Notes under the pieces: model-generated | The model's input: the letters and a program-made list of their open reading frames with translations, nothing else | Databases searched by the model: none | Told to the model about the DNA's origin: nothing | Made by a program: the position numbers and the translations under genes | Part shown: positions 7,794-17,100 of the stretch, piece by piece | How the letters are laid out: each line of letters starts with the position of its first letter | Numbering within the stretch: the stretch's first letter is position 1 | Assembly: GCA_963704725.1 (NCBI GenBank) | Contig: OY969934.1 | Coordinates: 1,984,001-2,048,000 of the forward strand | Source: an uncultured Actinomycetes bacterium | Lineage (GTDB): Bacteria; Actinomycetota; UBA4738; HRBIN12 | Length of the DNA stretch: 64,000 nt | Reading direction: 5' to 3'

Positions 7794-9299
7794 TCACCAT
7801 CGGAGCTTCAGATGGCGCGCCGCCCGAGCCTCGTCCAGGCGACGGACCGGGGTGGTCACCGGCGCGTCGTGGAGGAGGTCCGGGTCGTCGTGCGCCTCGC
7901 GGTGGGCCCGGCGGAGCGCCTCGGCGAAGCCGTCCAACGCCTCGCGGGTCTCCGTCTCCGTGGGCTCCACCATCATGGCCTCCTCCACGACGAGCGGGAA
8001 GTACACCGTGGAGGGGTGGTACCCGAGGTCGATCACCCGCTTCGCCACGTCCATGGCCCGGATGCCGGTCTCCTCCCGCAGGGGGCGGGCGGTCGCGACG
8101 AACTCGTGCATCGGCCGGCCCCCGGGGTGCTCCAAGGGGAAGAGATCGCGGACGCGTGAGGCCAGGTAGTTGGCGTTCAGCACCGAGAGCTCGGCAACCT
8201 CCTTCAGCCCGTCGCGGCCGTGCAGGAACACGTACGCGTAGGCGCGCACGAGAACGGCGAAGTTTCCGAGGAAGCCGTGCATCCGCCCGATCGAGTCCGG
8301 CTCGTCCGCGTTCAGGTGGAAGGCGCCGGCCGCGTCCCGCTCCACCCGGGGAACGGGGAGGAAGGGGACGAGGGCCTCGGTCACCCCGACCGGCCCGGCG
8401 CCCGGCCCTCCCCCACCGTGCGGCGTGGCGAACGTCTTGTGCGTGTTGATGTGGACGATGTCGAACCCCATGTCCCCCGGTCGGCACCGCCCGAGGATGG
8501 CGTTCAGGTTCGCGCCGTCGTAGTAGACGAGCCCGCCGACCCCGTGGATCACCTCGGTCACGCGCTCGATCTCCTCCTCGAACAGGCCCAGGGTGTTGGG
8601 GTTCGTGAGCATGAGCCCGGCGACGTCCTCGTCCACCAGCTTCTCGAGGGCGCTCACGTCCACGAGTCCTCGCTCGTCGCTCGGGACGTGCACGGCCTCG
8701 TAGCCGGCCAGGCGGACGCTCGCGGGGTTCGTCCCGTGCGCCGAGTCCGGGATGGCCACCTTGGTCCGCGTGTTTCCGGCCTTCGCGTGATGCGCCCGCA
8801 TGATGAGGAGGCCGGTGAGCTCGCCGCACGCCCCGGCGGGGGGCTGCAGCGTGGCCCGGGACATCCCAGTGATCTCGCACAGGGCGCGCTCCAGTCGCCA
8901 CAGGAGCTCGAGGGCCCCCTGCGCCGTCGACTCCGGCTGCCGCGGGTGCAGGCGCTGGAACCCGGGGAGCTGGGCCACCGACTCCGCGATCTTCGGGTTG
9001 TACTTCATCGAGCAGGACCCGAGCGGATACACACCGGTGTCGACGCCGTAGTTCAGCTGGGACAGGCGGGTGTAGTGGGTGACGAGATCCCGCTCCGCGA
9101 CCTCGGGGAGCCCGGGACGGCCGGCGCGGGCGTGGGTCTCGGGGATCGGTGCCTCCGGCACGTCGAGCGCCGGCAGGCTGAACGCGCCGCGCCCAGGCCG
9201 CGACAGGTCGGCGATCGTCCCCCACCGCTCCGCGGGGCCCTGCGTCCGAACGGGCGCGCCGGCACGGGCCGCGGGGGCGGGCGATCCGTCGTCGGTCAC
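7794..9299 (-). CDS. gcvPB: Glycine dehydrogenase (decarboxylating) subunit 2
   Basis: YPLGSCSMKYNPK, SAHGTNPAS, HINTHKTFATPHGGGGPG PLP-lysine motif. Confidence 0.97.
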   Translation of the reverse strand: MTDDGSPAPAARAGAPVRTQGPAERWGTIADLSRPGRGAFSLPALDVPEAPIPETHARAGRPGLPEVAERDLVTHYTRLSQLNYGVDTGVYPLGSCSMKYNPKIAESVAQLPGFQRLHPRQPESTAQGALELLWRLERALCEITGMSRATLQPPAGACGELTGLLIMRAHHAKAGNTRTKVAIPDSAHGTNPASVRLAGYEAVHVPSDERGLVDVSALEKLVDEDVAGLMLTNPNTLGLFEEEIERVTEVIHGVGGLVYYDGANLNAILGRCRPGDMGFDIVHINTHKTFATPHGGGGPGAGPVGVTEALVPFLPVPRVERDAAGAFHLNADEPDSIGRMHGFLGNFAVLVRAYAYVFLHGRDGLKEVAELSVLNANYLASRVRDLFPLEHPGGRPMHEFVATARPLREETGIRAMDVAKRVIDLGYHPSTVYFPLVVEEAMMVEPTETETREALDGFAEALRRAHREAHDDPDLLHDAPVTTPVRRLDEARAARHLKLRW

Positions 9300-10615
9300 G
9301 CCAGCACCTCCTTCAGCGCCAGCGCCAGGCCGTCGATCTCCTCACGGGTCCGCCGCTCGGTCACGGCGACGAGCAGGGCGTGCCCGGCGGCGTCGGGGAG
9401 CGGGACGCCGCCCAGGTACCCCCGGTCGACCAGTGCGCCGAGCACCTCCTCCGCCGCCCGCGGCAGGCGGAGCGGGAACTCCTTGAAGAACGGGTTGCCG
9501 GGGAACAGCGGCTCCACGCCGGGGACCTCGGTGAGTCGCTCGGCGGCGTACGCGGCCTTCGCGGCGCACTGCCGACCGAGCTCCGCCAGCCCTTCCGGTC
9601 CCAGCCACCCCAGGTACACCGTGGCGGCGATGGCCATGAGCGTCTGGTTCGTGCAGATGTTGCTCGTCGCCTTCTCCCGGCGGATGTGCTGCTCCCGCGC
9701 CTGGAGGGTGAGCACGTAGCCGGTGCGCCCGTCGACGTCGCGGGTCTCCCCCACGATGCGACCCGGCAGGCGCCGCACGTCCTCGAGCCGCGCCGCGATC
9801 ACGCCGAGGTACGGGCCCCCGAAGTTCAGGTGGTTCCCGAGCGGCTGACCCTCGGCCACGGCGATGTCGGCGGACAGGTCTCCGGGCGGCGCAAGCACGC
9901 CCAGTGAGAGCGGGTCGAAGACCTGGATGGCCCGGGCGCCGCCGGCGTGGGCCAGGCCGAACAGCTCCCGGGCCGGCTCGAGCAGGCCGTACGCGTTGGG
10001 GTGCTGGACGATCACGCAGGCGACGTCGTCGCTCACCTCGGGTTCGCCCCCACGCCCGTCGCGGCCGGGGAAGAGCTCGGGTACGTACCCCGCTCCCCTG
10101 CCGTAGGTGCGGAGCGTCTCGACGTAGCGCGGATCCACGCCCGCGCTCACCAGGACCCGGTCACGGCCGGGGGCCGAACGCGCCAGGTTCACCGCCTCGG
10201 CCAGCGCCGTGGCGCCGTCGTAGAGCGAGGCGTTGGAGACCTCGAGGCCGGTGAGCTCGCAGATCATCGACTGATACTCGAACAGGGCCTGGAGCACACC
10301 CTGCGACAGCTCCGGCTGGTACGGGGTGTACGACGTGTAGAACTCGGAGCGTGCGGCCAGGGCCCAGACCACGGCCGGCACGTAGTGGTCGTACGCGCCG
10401 CCGCCGGCGAAGCACACCAGGTCGGAGCGGTTCCGCCCGGCGAGCGCGGAGAGTTGCGCGAGGATCTCCATCTCGGAGACGCCCTCGGGGAGGTCGAGCG
10501 GACGATCGAGCCGGACGGCCGCCGGGATCTGATCGAACAGGTCGTCCACGGCGCCGAGGCCGATCGCCCCGAGCATCTCGCGGACGTCGTCCTCGGTATG
10601 TGGCGCGAACCTCAT
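9296..10615 (-). CDS. gcvPA: Glycine dehydrogenase (decarboxylating) subunit 1
   Basis: SYTPYQPELSQG, NASLYDGATA, REQHIRREKATSNICTNQ. Confidence 0.97.
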   Translation of the reverse strand: MRFAPHTEDDVREMLGAIGLGAVDDLFDQIPAAVRLDRPLDLPEGVSEMEILAQLSALAGRNRSDLVCFAGGGAYDHYVPAVVWALAARSEFYTSYTPYQPELSQGVLQALFEYQSMICELTGLEVSNASLYDGATALAEAVNLARSAPGRDRVLVSAGVDPRYVETLRTYGRGAGYVPELFPGRDGRGGEPEVSDDVACVIVQHPNAYGLLEPARELFGLAHAGGARAIQVFDPLSLGVLAPPGDLSADIAVAEGQPLGNHLNFGGPYLGVIAARLEDVRRLPGRIVGETRDVDGRTGYVLTLQAREQHIRREKATSNICTNQTLMAIAATVYLGWLGPEGLAELGRQCAAKAAYAAERLTEVPGVEPLFPGNPFFKEFPLRLPRAAEEVLGALVDRGYLGGVPLPDAAGHALLVAVTERRTREEIDGLALALKEVLA

Positions 10616-10670
10616 CCCGGCGGGTCAGTCTAGCCAGTTCCCGCCGAGGGCTCGGACATCGACCGACGGG

Positions 10671-11045
10671 CTAGCCGGAGACGTCCTCGAGGCCGTACTT
10701 CGAGACCAGGGACAGGTAGTCGCGCTGGTAGAAGATCTTGCAGTTGACGCCGGGATAGAGCTCGCGCAGCCGGCGGACCTTCCGATTCTTCTTGGTCACG
10801 AGCTTCTGGTTGAGCGTGGTGATCTCGATGTAGAGGTCGTACTGGGGAAGGTAGAAGTCGGGGGTGAAGCGCTGCACGACGTTGCCCTGCTTGTCCCACT
10901 CGAGGTCGAACGAGTGCGGCTCGTAGTCCCACTCGATCTGATAGAAGTCGAGGAGCTGCGCGAACTGCCGCTCGCTCGCGTGTGCGAAGCGGACGGTGTC
11001 GCTCTTGAGGTCCGGCGGAACGGTCGCTGCCGCGCTCTCGGTCAC
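10671..11045 (-). CDS. PD-(D/E)xK-fold protein, T7 endonuclease I-like
   Basis: SERQFAQLLDFYQIEWDYEP...FTPDFYLPQYDLYIEIT...RELYP; GTG 11045 overlaps the MerR gene TGA. Confidence 0.65.
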   Translation of the reverse strand: MTESAAATVPPDLKSDTVRFAHASERQFAQLLDFYQIEWDYEPHSFDLEWDKQGNVVQRFTPDFYLPQYDLYIEITTLNQKLVTKKNRKVRRLRELYPGVNCKIFYQRDYLSLVSKYGLEDVSG

Positions 11046-11491
11046 GCGCCTCCCGCCGCGCCGGCGCCGCGGCCCTTCTTCCGGCCGCTCTTGGCCAGAC
11101 TTCCCTCGAGATCGGTCCATACCTTGTCCACGGCGATCGCGAACACCCCCTGCCCGCTCGCCAACAGGTCGACGACCGCCTCGGGGGACTCCACCTGGTA
11201 GATACGGTTTCCGTCCGATACCAGGGTCGTCCCTAGCGCGGGCTCCTTGAGCTCCTTCAGGGTGCTCATCGCCCGCCGGATCTGCTGGAGGTTGACCCCG
11301 CTGTCCAGCATCCGCTTGATCAGCTTCAGCGTGGCCAGGTCCTGGAAGGAGTAGAGCCGTTGGGTGCCCGATCCCTGCGCGTCCCTCACGGACGGTCGGA
11401 CAAGGCCGGTCCGGGCCCAGTAATCGAGCTGGCGGTAGCTGATCCCGACGATCTTCGTGACCTCGGGGACGCGGTATCCGTGCTCGGTCAT
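11042..11491 (-). CDS. MerR family regulator (Rv1830-like)
   Basis: GISYRQLDYWARTGLVRPS...GSGTQRLYSFQD...GQGVFAIA. Confidence 0.93.
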   Translation of the reverse strand: MTEHGYRVPEVTKIVGISYRQLDYWARTGLVRPSVRDAQGSGTQRLYSFQDLATLKLIKRMLDSGVNLQQIRRAMSTLKELKEPALGTTLVSDGNRIYQVESPEAVVDLLASGQGVFAIAVDKVWTDLEGSLAKSGRKKGRGAGAAGGA

Positions 11492-11521
11492 GACAGCTCC
11501 GTAATTACGCGGTTGGTCCTC

Positions 11522-11550
11522 AGGCTAGGGGGCCCTCGGGACCGTGTCAA
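11522..11550 (-). promoter_or_regulatory. Promoter of the Rv1830-like merR gene
   Basis: TTGACA (11550-11545) - 17 nt - TAGCCT (11527-11522) on the minus strand. Confidence 0.6.
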
Positions 11551-11642
11551 TCATCCCGCCGGGGTTCCCCGTCAGGGCAACTGACGGGCCCGCGAACGAG
11601 GGTCTAGGGTGCGGCGAACGTTCTGCACGGAGGGGGTCCGGC

Positions 11643-12122
11643 ATGCCCGTACGTTCGTCTGTCCGCCGCAGGGCGGTCTCGCTGGCCGTCGTCGCCATGA
11701 TCGCCCTCGGGCTGCTCCTCGCCCCGCCGGCGAGCGCCGGTCAGGGGTACCGGTCCACGATGCTCCATCTCGTCAACGATGCGCGGGCGCGGCACGACCT
11801 GCGCGCCGTGAAGCTCCGCGTCTCCCTGTCGAGGCGTGCGAGCCGGCACACGCGCCTGATGATCCGTCGCGATCGGGTGTTCGACCCCCCGAACCTGCAG
11901 CAGATCCTCGCCCCCTACGAGTGGACGCACGTCGGCGCCGCGGTGGTCGGATGTCGAGGGACGCTTCGAGGGCTGCACCGGGCGCTCATGAACTCGACCG
12001 TCCACCGGGGGATCCTTCTGAACCCGGACGTCCGGCGCATCGGCATCGGGGTGGTCAGGAGCCGGGAGCGCACCGTGTGCGGGCGGAACGCGTTCTGGGC
12101 GACCGAGATCCTGTACGGGTGA
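11643..12122 (+). CDS. Secreted CAP (SCP-like) domain protein
   Basis: Signal peptide; LVNDARARHDL, ASRHTRLM, LMNSTVHRGILLNP..IGIGV. Confidence 0.8.
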   Translation: MPVRSSVRRRAVSLAVVAMIALGLLLAPPASAGQGYRSTMLHLVNDARARHDLRAVKLRVSLSRRASRHTRLMIRRDRVFDPPNLQQILAPYEWTHVGAAVVGCRGTLRGLHRALMNSTVHRGILLNPDVRRIGIGVVRSRERTVCGRNAFWATEILYG

Positions 12123-12150
12123 CCTGAGCCCGTCCCCCGAGGTCGGCTCC

Positions 12151-12630
12151 CTACTGGAAGTCCTCGGGATTGACGTTCTCGAGGAACTCGCGGAATTTCT
12201 CGACCTCCTCCTCCTCCCCTTCTTCGTTGGGGATGAGGATCGAGGCCTCGGTGAGGACCTCCTCGTTCGCGAAGATCTTGCAACCGAGCCGCACCGCCAG
12301 GGCGATGGCGTCCGAGGGTCGCGACGAGACCTCGTATGAGCTCCCGTTGCGCTGCATGTTGATCACCGCGTAGAACGTCCCGTCACGGAGCTCGGTGATG
12401 ACGATGCTGTCCACGTGCACCGCCATCTCCTCGAGGATGTTCTTCAGGAGGTCGTGCGTCATCGGGCGCGGCGTGACGACGCCCTGCAGCGCGATCGCGA
12501 TCGCCGCGGCCTCCGGCTGGCCGATCCAGATCGGCAGGAACCGCTCGCCGGACGCCTCGCGAAGCAGCACGATGGGTGAGTTCGTCGGGAGCTCGATCCG
12601 GACGCCGGCGAGCGTCATCTCGATCAACAT
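12151..12630 (-). CDS. Bifunctional nuclease family protein (DUF151, Rv1829-like)
   Basis: PIVLLRE..RFLPIWIG..EA..PRPMTHDL..SSRPSDAIALA..VEKFREFLE. Confidence 0.93.
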   Translation of the reverse strand: MLIEMTLAGVRIELPTNSPIVLLREASGERFLPIWIGQPEAAAIAIALQGVVTPRPMTHDLLKNILEEMAVHVDSIVITELRDGTFYAVINMQRNGSSYEVSSRPSDAIALAVRLGCKIFANEEVLTEASILIPNEEGEEEEVEKFREFLENVNPEDFQ

Positions 12631-12674
12631 GGCAACGGCAGCGACCGTACACCCGCCCCCAGAGCTCCGGCAAC

Positions 12675-13262
12675 CTAGCCCGGTGCCGCACCGCCGGGCA
12701 GGTGATCGAGCAGCGCGTCGGGGTCCTGCTCGAGAGCCGAAAAGTCTTGCACGGCAAGGAGATCGGGGATATTCCGATACCGTTCGTGGAAGTCGAGACC
12801 GTACCCGACGACGAACACGTCCGGGCACTCGAAGCCGCGATAGCGGATCTCGAGCGGCGCGATGCGCCGAACGGTCTTGTCGAGCAGCGCGCACACCTGC
12901 ACCGAGGCCGGCTCGCGCGACTCGAGGACCGAGATCAGGTACCCCAGGGTGAGCCCGGTGTCGACGATGTCCTCGACGACGATCACGTCGCGACCTCCGA
13001 CGTCGTCCTCGAGGTCCTTGACGATGCGCACGCGGCCCATCGACTCGGCCGCGCCGCCGTAGCGGGAGATCGACATGTAGTCGATCGACAAGGGAAGGTC
13101 GATGGTCCTGATCAGATCCGCGAGGAACACCGATCCGCCCTTGAGGACCGAGATGAGGACGGGCGCGCGCCCCTCATAGTCCCCGGTGATGGTGCGGCCG
13201 AGCTCCTCGATCCGCCGGCGGATGTCCTCGCGCCCGAAGAGCACGGTGGCGACGTCCGACAT
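12675..13262 (-). CDS. hpt: Hypoxanthine phosphoribosyltransferase
   Basis: VLKGG, VIVVEDIVDTGLTL PRPP loop, FVVGYGLD. Confidence 0.95.
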   Translation of the reverse strand: MSDVATVLFGREDIRRRIEELGRTITGDYEGRAPVLISVLKGGSVFLADLIRTIDLPLSIDYMSISRYGGAAESMGRVRIVKDLEDDVGGRDVIVVEDIVDTGLTLGYLISVLESREPASVQVCALLDKTVRRIAPLEIRYRGFECPDVFVVGYGLDFHERYRNIPDLLAVQDFSALEQDPDALLDHLPGGAAPG

Positions 13263-13310
13263 CCGCGGCGATGCTAGCTCTTTCGGGCCGCGATGACTTC
13301 TCGCTCGGCG

Positions 13311-14618
13311 CTAGGAGAACAGGGCGTCGACGACGCTCGTGCCGGCGTGCACGACGGCCCCGGCCGCCCGGCTCCACCACGGGCCGTCGTCCTGGAGCGG
13401 CGGGGGCGGCGGCACGTCCGTGACGACCAGGGGCACGTCCCCCAGGATCGGACCGCCCCCCGCCATCGACAGGACGACGCGTCCGACGGCCTGCCCCGGC
13501 ACGGGCGGGAAGCGGACGCCCGAGTCGACCTCGATCACCCGGCGCACGTCGGCCCGGACGGGGACGAGGCCCTCGAGGGCCGCTCCGGCCTCCACAGGGA
13601 CGGCCCGGCCGTCGATCCGGATCGTTCCGAGGGAGCGTCCGGCGTGGATCAGCACCCGTCGCTCGAAGGCGGCGAACCCGTAGTTCAGCAGCGTCGCGGC
13701 ATCGGAGAACGGTTCGCCCCGCTCCCCGAGCACCACCGCGAGCAGTCGCTCGTCGCCTCGCTCGGCGGCGGCGACGATGCAGAAGCCGGCCGCGCTCGTG
13801 AACCCCGTCTTCACGCCGATCGCGCCGGGGTAGAGCCAGAGCAGGGCGTTGCGGTTCTGGATCACCCGAGGCCCGGCGCTGGGAGCGGGGATCTCGTGCG
13901 TGCGCGTCGCGACCACCGGGCCGAATCCCGGGAGCCGGTACGCGGCGCGCGTCAGGCGGGCGAGGTCGCGAGCCGTCGAGTATCCCGAGTCGTCGAGCCC
14001 GTTCGGCGAGGCGAAGGACGTCCGGGTCATGCCGAGACGGGCGGCGGTGCGGTTCATCAGCTCGACGAACCCGTCCACGGTGCCCCCGACATGCTCGGCC
14101 AGGGCCACGGCGGCGTCGTTGGCGGATTGAAGGAGGAGGGCGAACAGGAGCTCCCGGACGCTGATCCGCTCCCCCGCCACCAGTCCGAGGCTCGAGATCC
14201 CGACCTCGCGGCCGCTCGCCGCCTCCTCGCTCACCGTCACGACGTCCGCCGGCGAGGAGCGCGACAGCACCAGGTACGCGGTCATGATCTTCGTCAGGCT
14301 GGCGATCGGCCGCTTCTCGCCGGCGCCCAGGGCGAACAGGCTCTGCCCGCTCTCCAGGTCCACGAGCACGGCCGAGGCGGCGTCGACCACCGGGGGCTCC
14401 AGGCCCTCCGGCGGAGGCGTGTGCAGGACGCCGGGGAAGGGAGACGGCGACGTGCCGCCGCCGGGGACCGGCACCGGCGTGGGCGGCGGCGGCTCGATCG
14501 ACTGGGCCGACCCGAGCGCCGGCGCGATCGCCACCGCGACGAGCGCCACCAGGACCGCGGTCGCGCCGGCGGCTCGGCGGACCCGCCGGCGCAAGACCGC
14601 GGACCCGGTCAACGACAC
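13311..14618 (-). CDS. D-alanyl-D-alanine carboxypeptidase (peptidase S11)
   Basis: SLTK, SAND, KTG motifs; signal peptide; start approximate. Confidence 0.92.
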   Translation of the reverse strand: MSLTGSAVLRRRVRRAAGATAVLVALVAVAIAPALGSAQSIEPPPPTPVPVPGGGTSPSPFPGVLHTPPPEGLEPPVVDAASAVLVDLESGQSLFALGAGEKRPIASLTKIMTAYLVLSRSSPADVVTVSEEAASGREVGISSLGLVAGERISVRELLFALLLQSANDAAVALAEHVGGTVDGFVELMNRTAARLGMTRTSFASPNGLDDSGYSTARDLARLTRAAYRLPGFGPVVATRTHEIPAPSAGPRVIQNRNALLWLYPGAIGVKTGFTSAAGFCIVAAAERGDERLLAVVLGERGEPFSDAATLLNYGFAAFERRVLIHAGRSLGTIRIDGRAVPVEAGAALEGLVPVRADVRRVIEVDSGVRFPPVPGQAVGRVVLSMAGGGPILGDVPLVVTDVPPPPPLQDDGPWWSRAAGAVVHAGTSVVDALFS

Positions 14619-14622
14619 CCGC

Positions 14623-15330
14623 TCAGCCGGCGAGGTACTGGCGGAGGTTCGTCCGCAGCAGCGCCTGCTTCAGCTTGCGCGACGCCTTCGCCAGCTCGGT
14701 GAGCGAGGTCACCGCCGCCTTGCGCGCCTCGGGGTTCCGCTGGCGGAGCTGCGGCATCACGATCGACTCGAAGAAGTCGGACTCGCGCTTGGCGAAGTGC
14801 TTGTACATCGTGAGGTGACGCGCCTCGACGCCGTATCGGAAGAGATCCTTCACGATCGACAACACGATGTAGTCGTCGCCGTCGTAGTAGCGCGCCGCCT
14901 CCGGGCCGTGCGACATCACCAGACCGAACGACTCGAGCTCCCTGATCCGTTCGCGGTCGATGCCGGTGGCGGCGGACATCTCCTCGATCGACATCTGCAG
15001 CCCCGTGGGGGGCTCGGCCAGCTCCTCCCCCGGCTCCACACCCGTGGCGGGAGCCGCCGCTGGCTCCCCCTGGCCGTCCAGGTCCGCCTGTTGCAGGAGC
15101 CGCTCCTTGATCACCTTGAGCGGGAGGTACTCGTCACGCTGCATCCGCAGGATCGACTTCAGTCGCTCGACGTCCTTCTCGTAGAACTTGCGATAGCCCG
15201 AGGGGGTCCGTTCGGGATCGATGAGCCCCTCGGACTCGAGGAAGCGGATCTTGCTGATCGTGATGTCGGGGAACTCGGTCTTGACCGACACGAGCACCTC
15301 GCCGATCGACTGGTAGTTGCGCGTCGCCAT
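14623..15330 (-). CDS. ftsR: MerR family regulator (Rv1828/FtsR-like)
   Basis: SIGEVL..EFPDITISKIRFLESEGLIDPERTPSGYRKF..YLPLKVIKE; synteny after garA. Confidence 0.9.
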   Translation of the reverse strand: MATRNYQSIGEVLVSVKTEFPDITISKIRFLESEGLIDPERTPSGYRKFYEKDVERLKSILRMQRDEYLPLKVIKERLLQQADLDGQGEPAAAPATGVEPGEELAEPPTGLQMSIEEMSAATGIDRERIRELESFGLVMSHGPEAARYYDGDDYIVLSIVKDLFRYGVEARHLTMYKHFAKRESDFFESIVMPQLRQRNPEARKAAVTSLTELAKASRKLKQALLRTNLRQYLAG

Positions 15331-15334
15331 CGCC

Positions 15335-15790
15335 TCACTCTCCCGAGAAGAAGACGAGCTTGAACTTCCCGATCTGGACCTCGTCGTGAGGCGCGAGCTT
15401 CGTCACGTCGACGCGTTCGCGGTTCACGTAGGTGCCGTTCAGCGAGCCGAGGTCGTGCAGGTACCAGCCGTCGCTGTGGCGGCGGAACTCGGCGTGCTTT
15501 CGGCTGACCGTGACGTCGTCCAGGAAGACGTCGCTGTCGGGGTTGCGTCCGGTGGTCGTCACCGCCTCTTGAAGGAGGAAGGTGGATCCTGCGTTGGGGC
15601 CATGCTTCACGAGAAGGAGAGCCTGGCCGGCCTCGAGCTCGTCTTCCGGGAACGGGAAGTCCTCGGAACCTTCACCATCGATCTCCACGGGGGTGATGCC
15701 GATGGTGGTCTCGTCCTGCAGGGCAGCACCACAGTTCGCGCAGTATCTCGCCTCGTCCTTGTTTGGATGTCCACAACGGGTGCAGTACAC
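15335..15790 (-). CDS. garA: FHA domain protein GarA/OdhI with N-terminal zinc ribbon
   Basis: CTRCG..CANCG, ETT phospho-site, GRNPDSDVFLDDVTVSRKHA, SLNGTYVN. Confidence 0.9.
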   Translation of the reverse strand: MYCTRCGHPNKDEARYCANCGAALQDETTIGITPVEIDGEGSEDFPFPEDELEAGQALLLVKHGPNAGSTFLLQEAVTTTGRNPDSDVFLDDVTVSRKHAEFRRHSDGWYLHDLGSLNGTYVNRERVDVTKLAPHDEVQIGKFKLVFFSGE

Positions 15791-15867
15791 GCTTCAGCGC
15801 TCCCCATCCCGGCCCTCGGCCTCAGCCTGCGGGTCGAAGCCTCAACCTCGACCTCGATGGCAACGAG

Positions 15868-15896
15868 ACGCTACAAGGCTGCGATGAGAGGGTCAA
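15868..15896 (-). promoter_or_regulatory. Promoter of garA-ftsR
   Basis: TTGACC (15896-15891) - 17 nt - TAGCGT (15873-15868). Confidence 0.6.
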
Positions 15897-15971
15897 CCAC
15901 AGTGAACCCTCGCGTTCGAGGGGTCGTTGGGCCGGAGCTGGAGGGCAGGAGCAGGGTCGAGGGTCGGCGGT

Positions 15972-16364
15972 TCAGCTCTCCTGCTGGCGAACGAACTCAC
16001 GGTACGCTGCAGCGTCCATGAGCTGGTCCAGCTCGGACCGGTCGCCGGTCTCGAGCACCACGATCCACCCGTCACCGTAGGGTTGCTCGTTGACGAGCTC
16101 GGGGCGCTCCTCGAGGAGGGCGTTGCTCTCGGTCACCGTCCCCGAAACGGGCGCGTAGACGTCGGAGACCGACTTCGTCGACTCCACCTCGCCGAGCGGC
16201 TGCGCCGAGGCCACGGAGGTGCCGACCTGCGGGACATCGACATACACGACATCGCCCAGGGCGTCCTGGGCGTAGTCGGTGATCCCGATGCGCATGCGCC
16301 CGTCACCTTCGTCGCGGACCCATTCGTGCTCTTTCGTGTATCGCAGGTCTTCGGGGAACTCCAT
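15972..16364 (-). CDS. gcvH: Glycine cleavage system H protein
   Basis: YTKEHEW, GITDYAQDALGD, VESTKSVSD lipoyl-lysine. Confidence 0.97.
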   Translation of the reverse strand: MEFPEDLRYTKEHEWVRDEGDGRMRIGITDYAQDALGDVVYVDVPQVGTSVASAQPLGEVESTKSVSDVYAPVSGTVTESNALLEERPELVNEQPYGDGWIVVLETGDRSELDQLMDAAAYREFVRQQES

Positions 16365-16411
16365 CCACCCTCTCCCTCGGTGTGTGGCAGCGGGACGGTA
16401 GCACGAACCGA

Positions 16412-16993
16412 TCAGGTCTTCGCCGCCAGGGCCTGCCGGAGATCCCCCACGTAGAGCGCCGTCGCCACGTAGTACTCGACGATGGCGACGCCGAAGAACG
16501 TCCAGCCGCACGCGAGGAAGGCCGGTGCGAACGCGTGCCCGAGGTTCCCCCACGCGATGCATCCGATCGCCGTCATCAGGCCGAAGGTCCCGAGCTTGCC
16601 GACGTATCGCACCTCGATCCGGGCCCGTCTGGAGGCCAGCAGCGCAACGCCGGCGAACAGGACGGCCGCGTCCCGAACCAGGATCAGGAGCGCCGCCCAC
16701 AGGGGGAACGCGCCCCGCACGACGAGCGCGATCAACCCCGCGGCGATGGCCAGGCGATCCGAGACCGGGTCCAGGACCTTGCCGAGCTCGGACACCTGCC
16801 CGGTGGCCCGGGCGATGGCCCCGTCCACCCAGTCCGTGGAAAGCACGACCCCGAACACGATCAGCCCGAGGAACGAGGTGTCCCGGTCGACGATGAGCGC
16901 CACGAAGACCGGGATCGCCGCGATCCGGAGCATCGACAGCCCATTCGGGACGGTGAGGACGCGGTCGGTGCCGCCCCGCGAGGACGGCGTCAT
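16412..16993 (-). CDS. pgsA2: CDP-alcohol phosphatidyltransferase
   Basis: TDWVDGAIAR..GKVLDPVSD motif. Confidence 0.92.
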   Translation of the reverse strand: MTPSSRGGTDRVLTVPNGLSMLRIAAIPVFVALIVDRDTSFLGLIVFGVVLSTDWVDGAIARATGQVSELGKVLDPVSDRLAIAAGLIALVVRGAFPLWAALLILVRDAAVLFAGVALLASRRARIEVRYVGKLGTFGLMTAIGCIAWGNLGHAFAPAFLACGWTFFGVAIVEYYVATALYVGDLRQALAAKT

Positions 16994-17014
16994 CGCCGGG
17001 GCTCTCCCATCGCG

Positions 17015-17089
17015 TCGGGCCGGCCGGATTCGAACCGGCGACCTTCTGACCCCCAGTCAGACGCGCTAACCATGCTGCGCCACGGCCCG
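17015..17089 (-). tRNA. tRNA-Pro(GGG)
   Basis: Cloverleaf CGGGCCG...CGGCCCG-A, anticodon arm TCTGA-CTGGGGG-TCAGA, GGTTCGAATCC T-arm; CCA not encoded; usual position after der. Confidence 0.97.
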
Positions 17090-17100
17090 ATGGGTGGAGT

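Noticed and set aside
10616-10670. Glycine riboswitch upstream of gcvPA
   Set aside because: Only ~55 nt of intergenic space, with a -10 close to the start; no aptamer consensus.
16994-17100. tRNA-Pro as an integration site
   Set aside because: Both flanks are core genes and no duplicated tRNA 3' end was seen.
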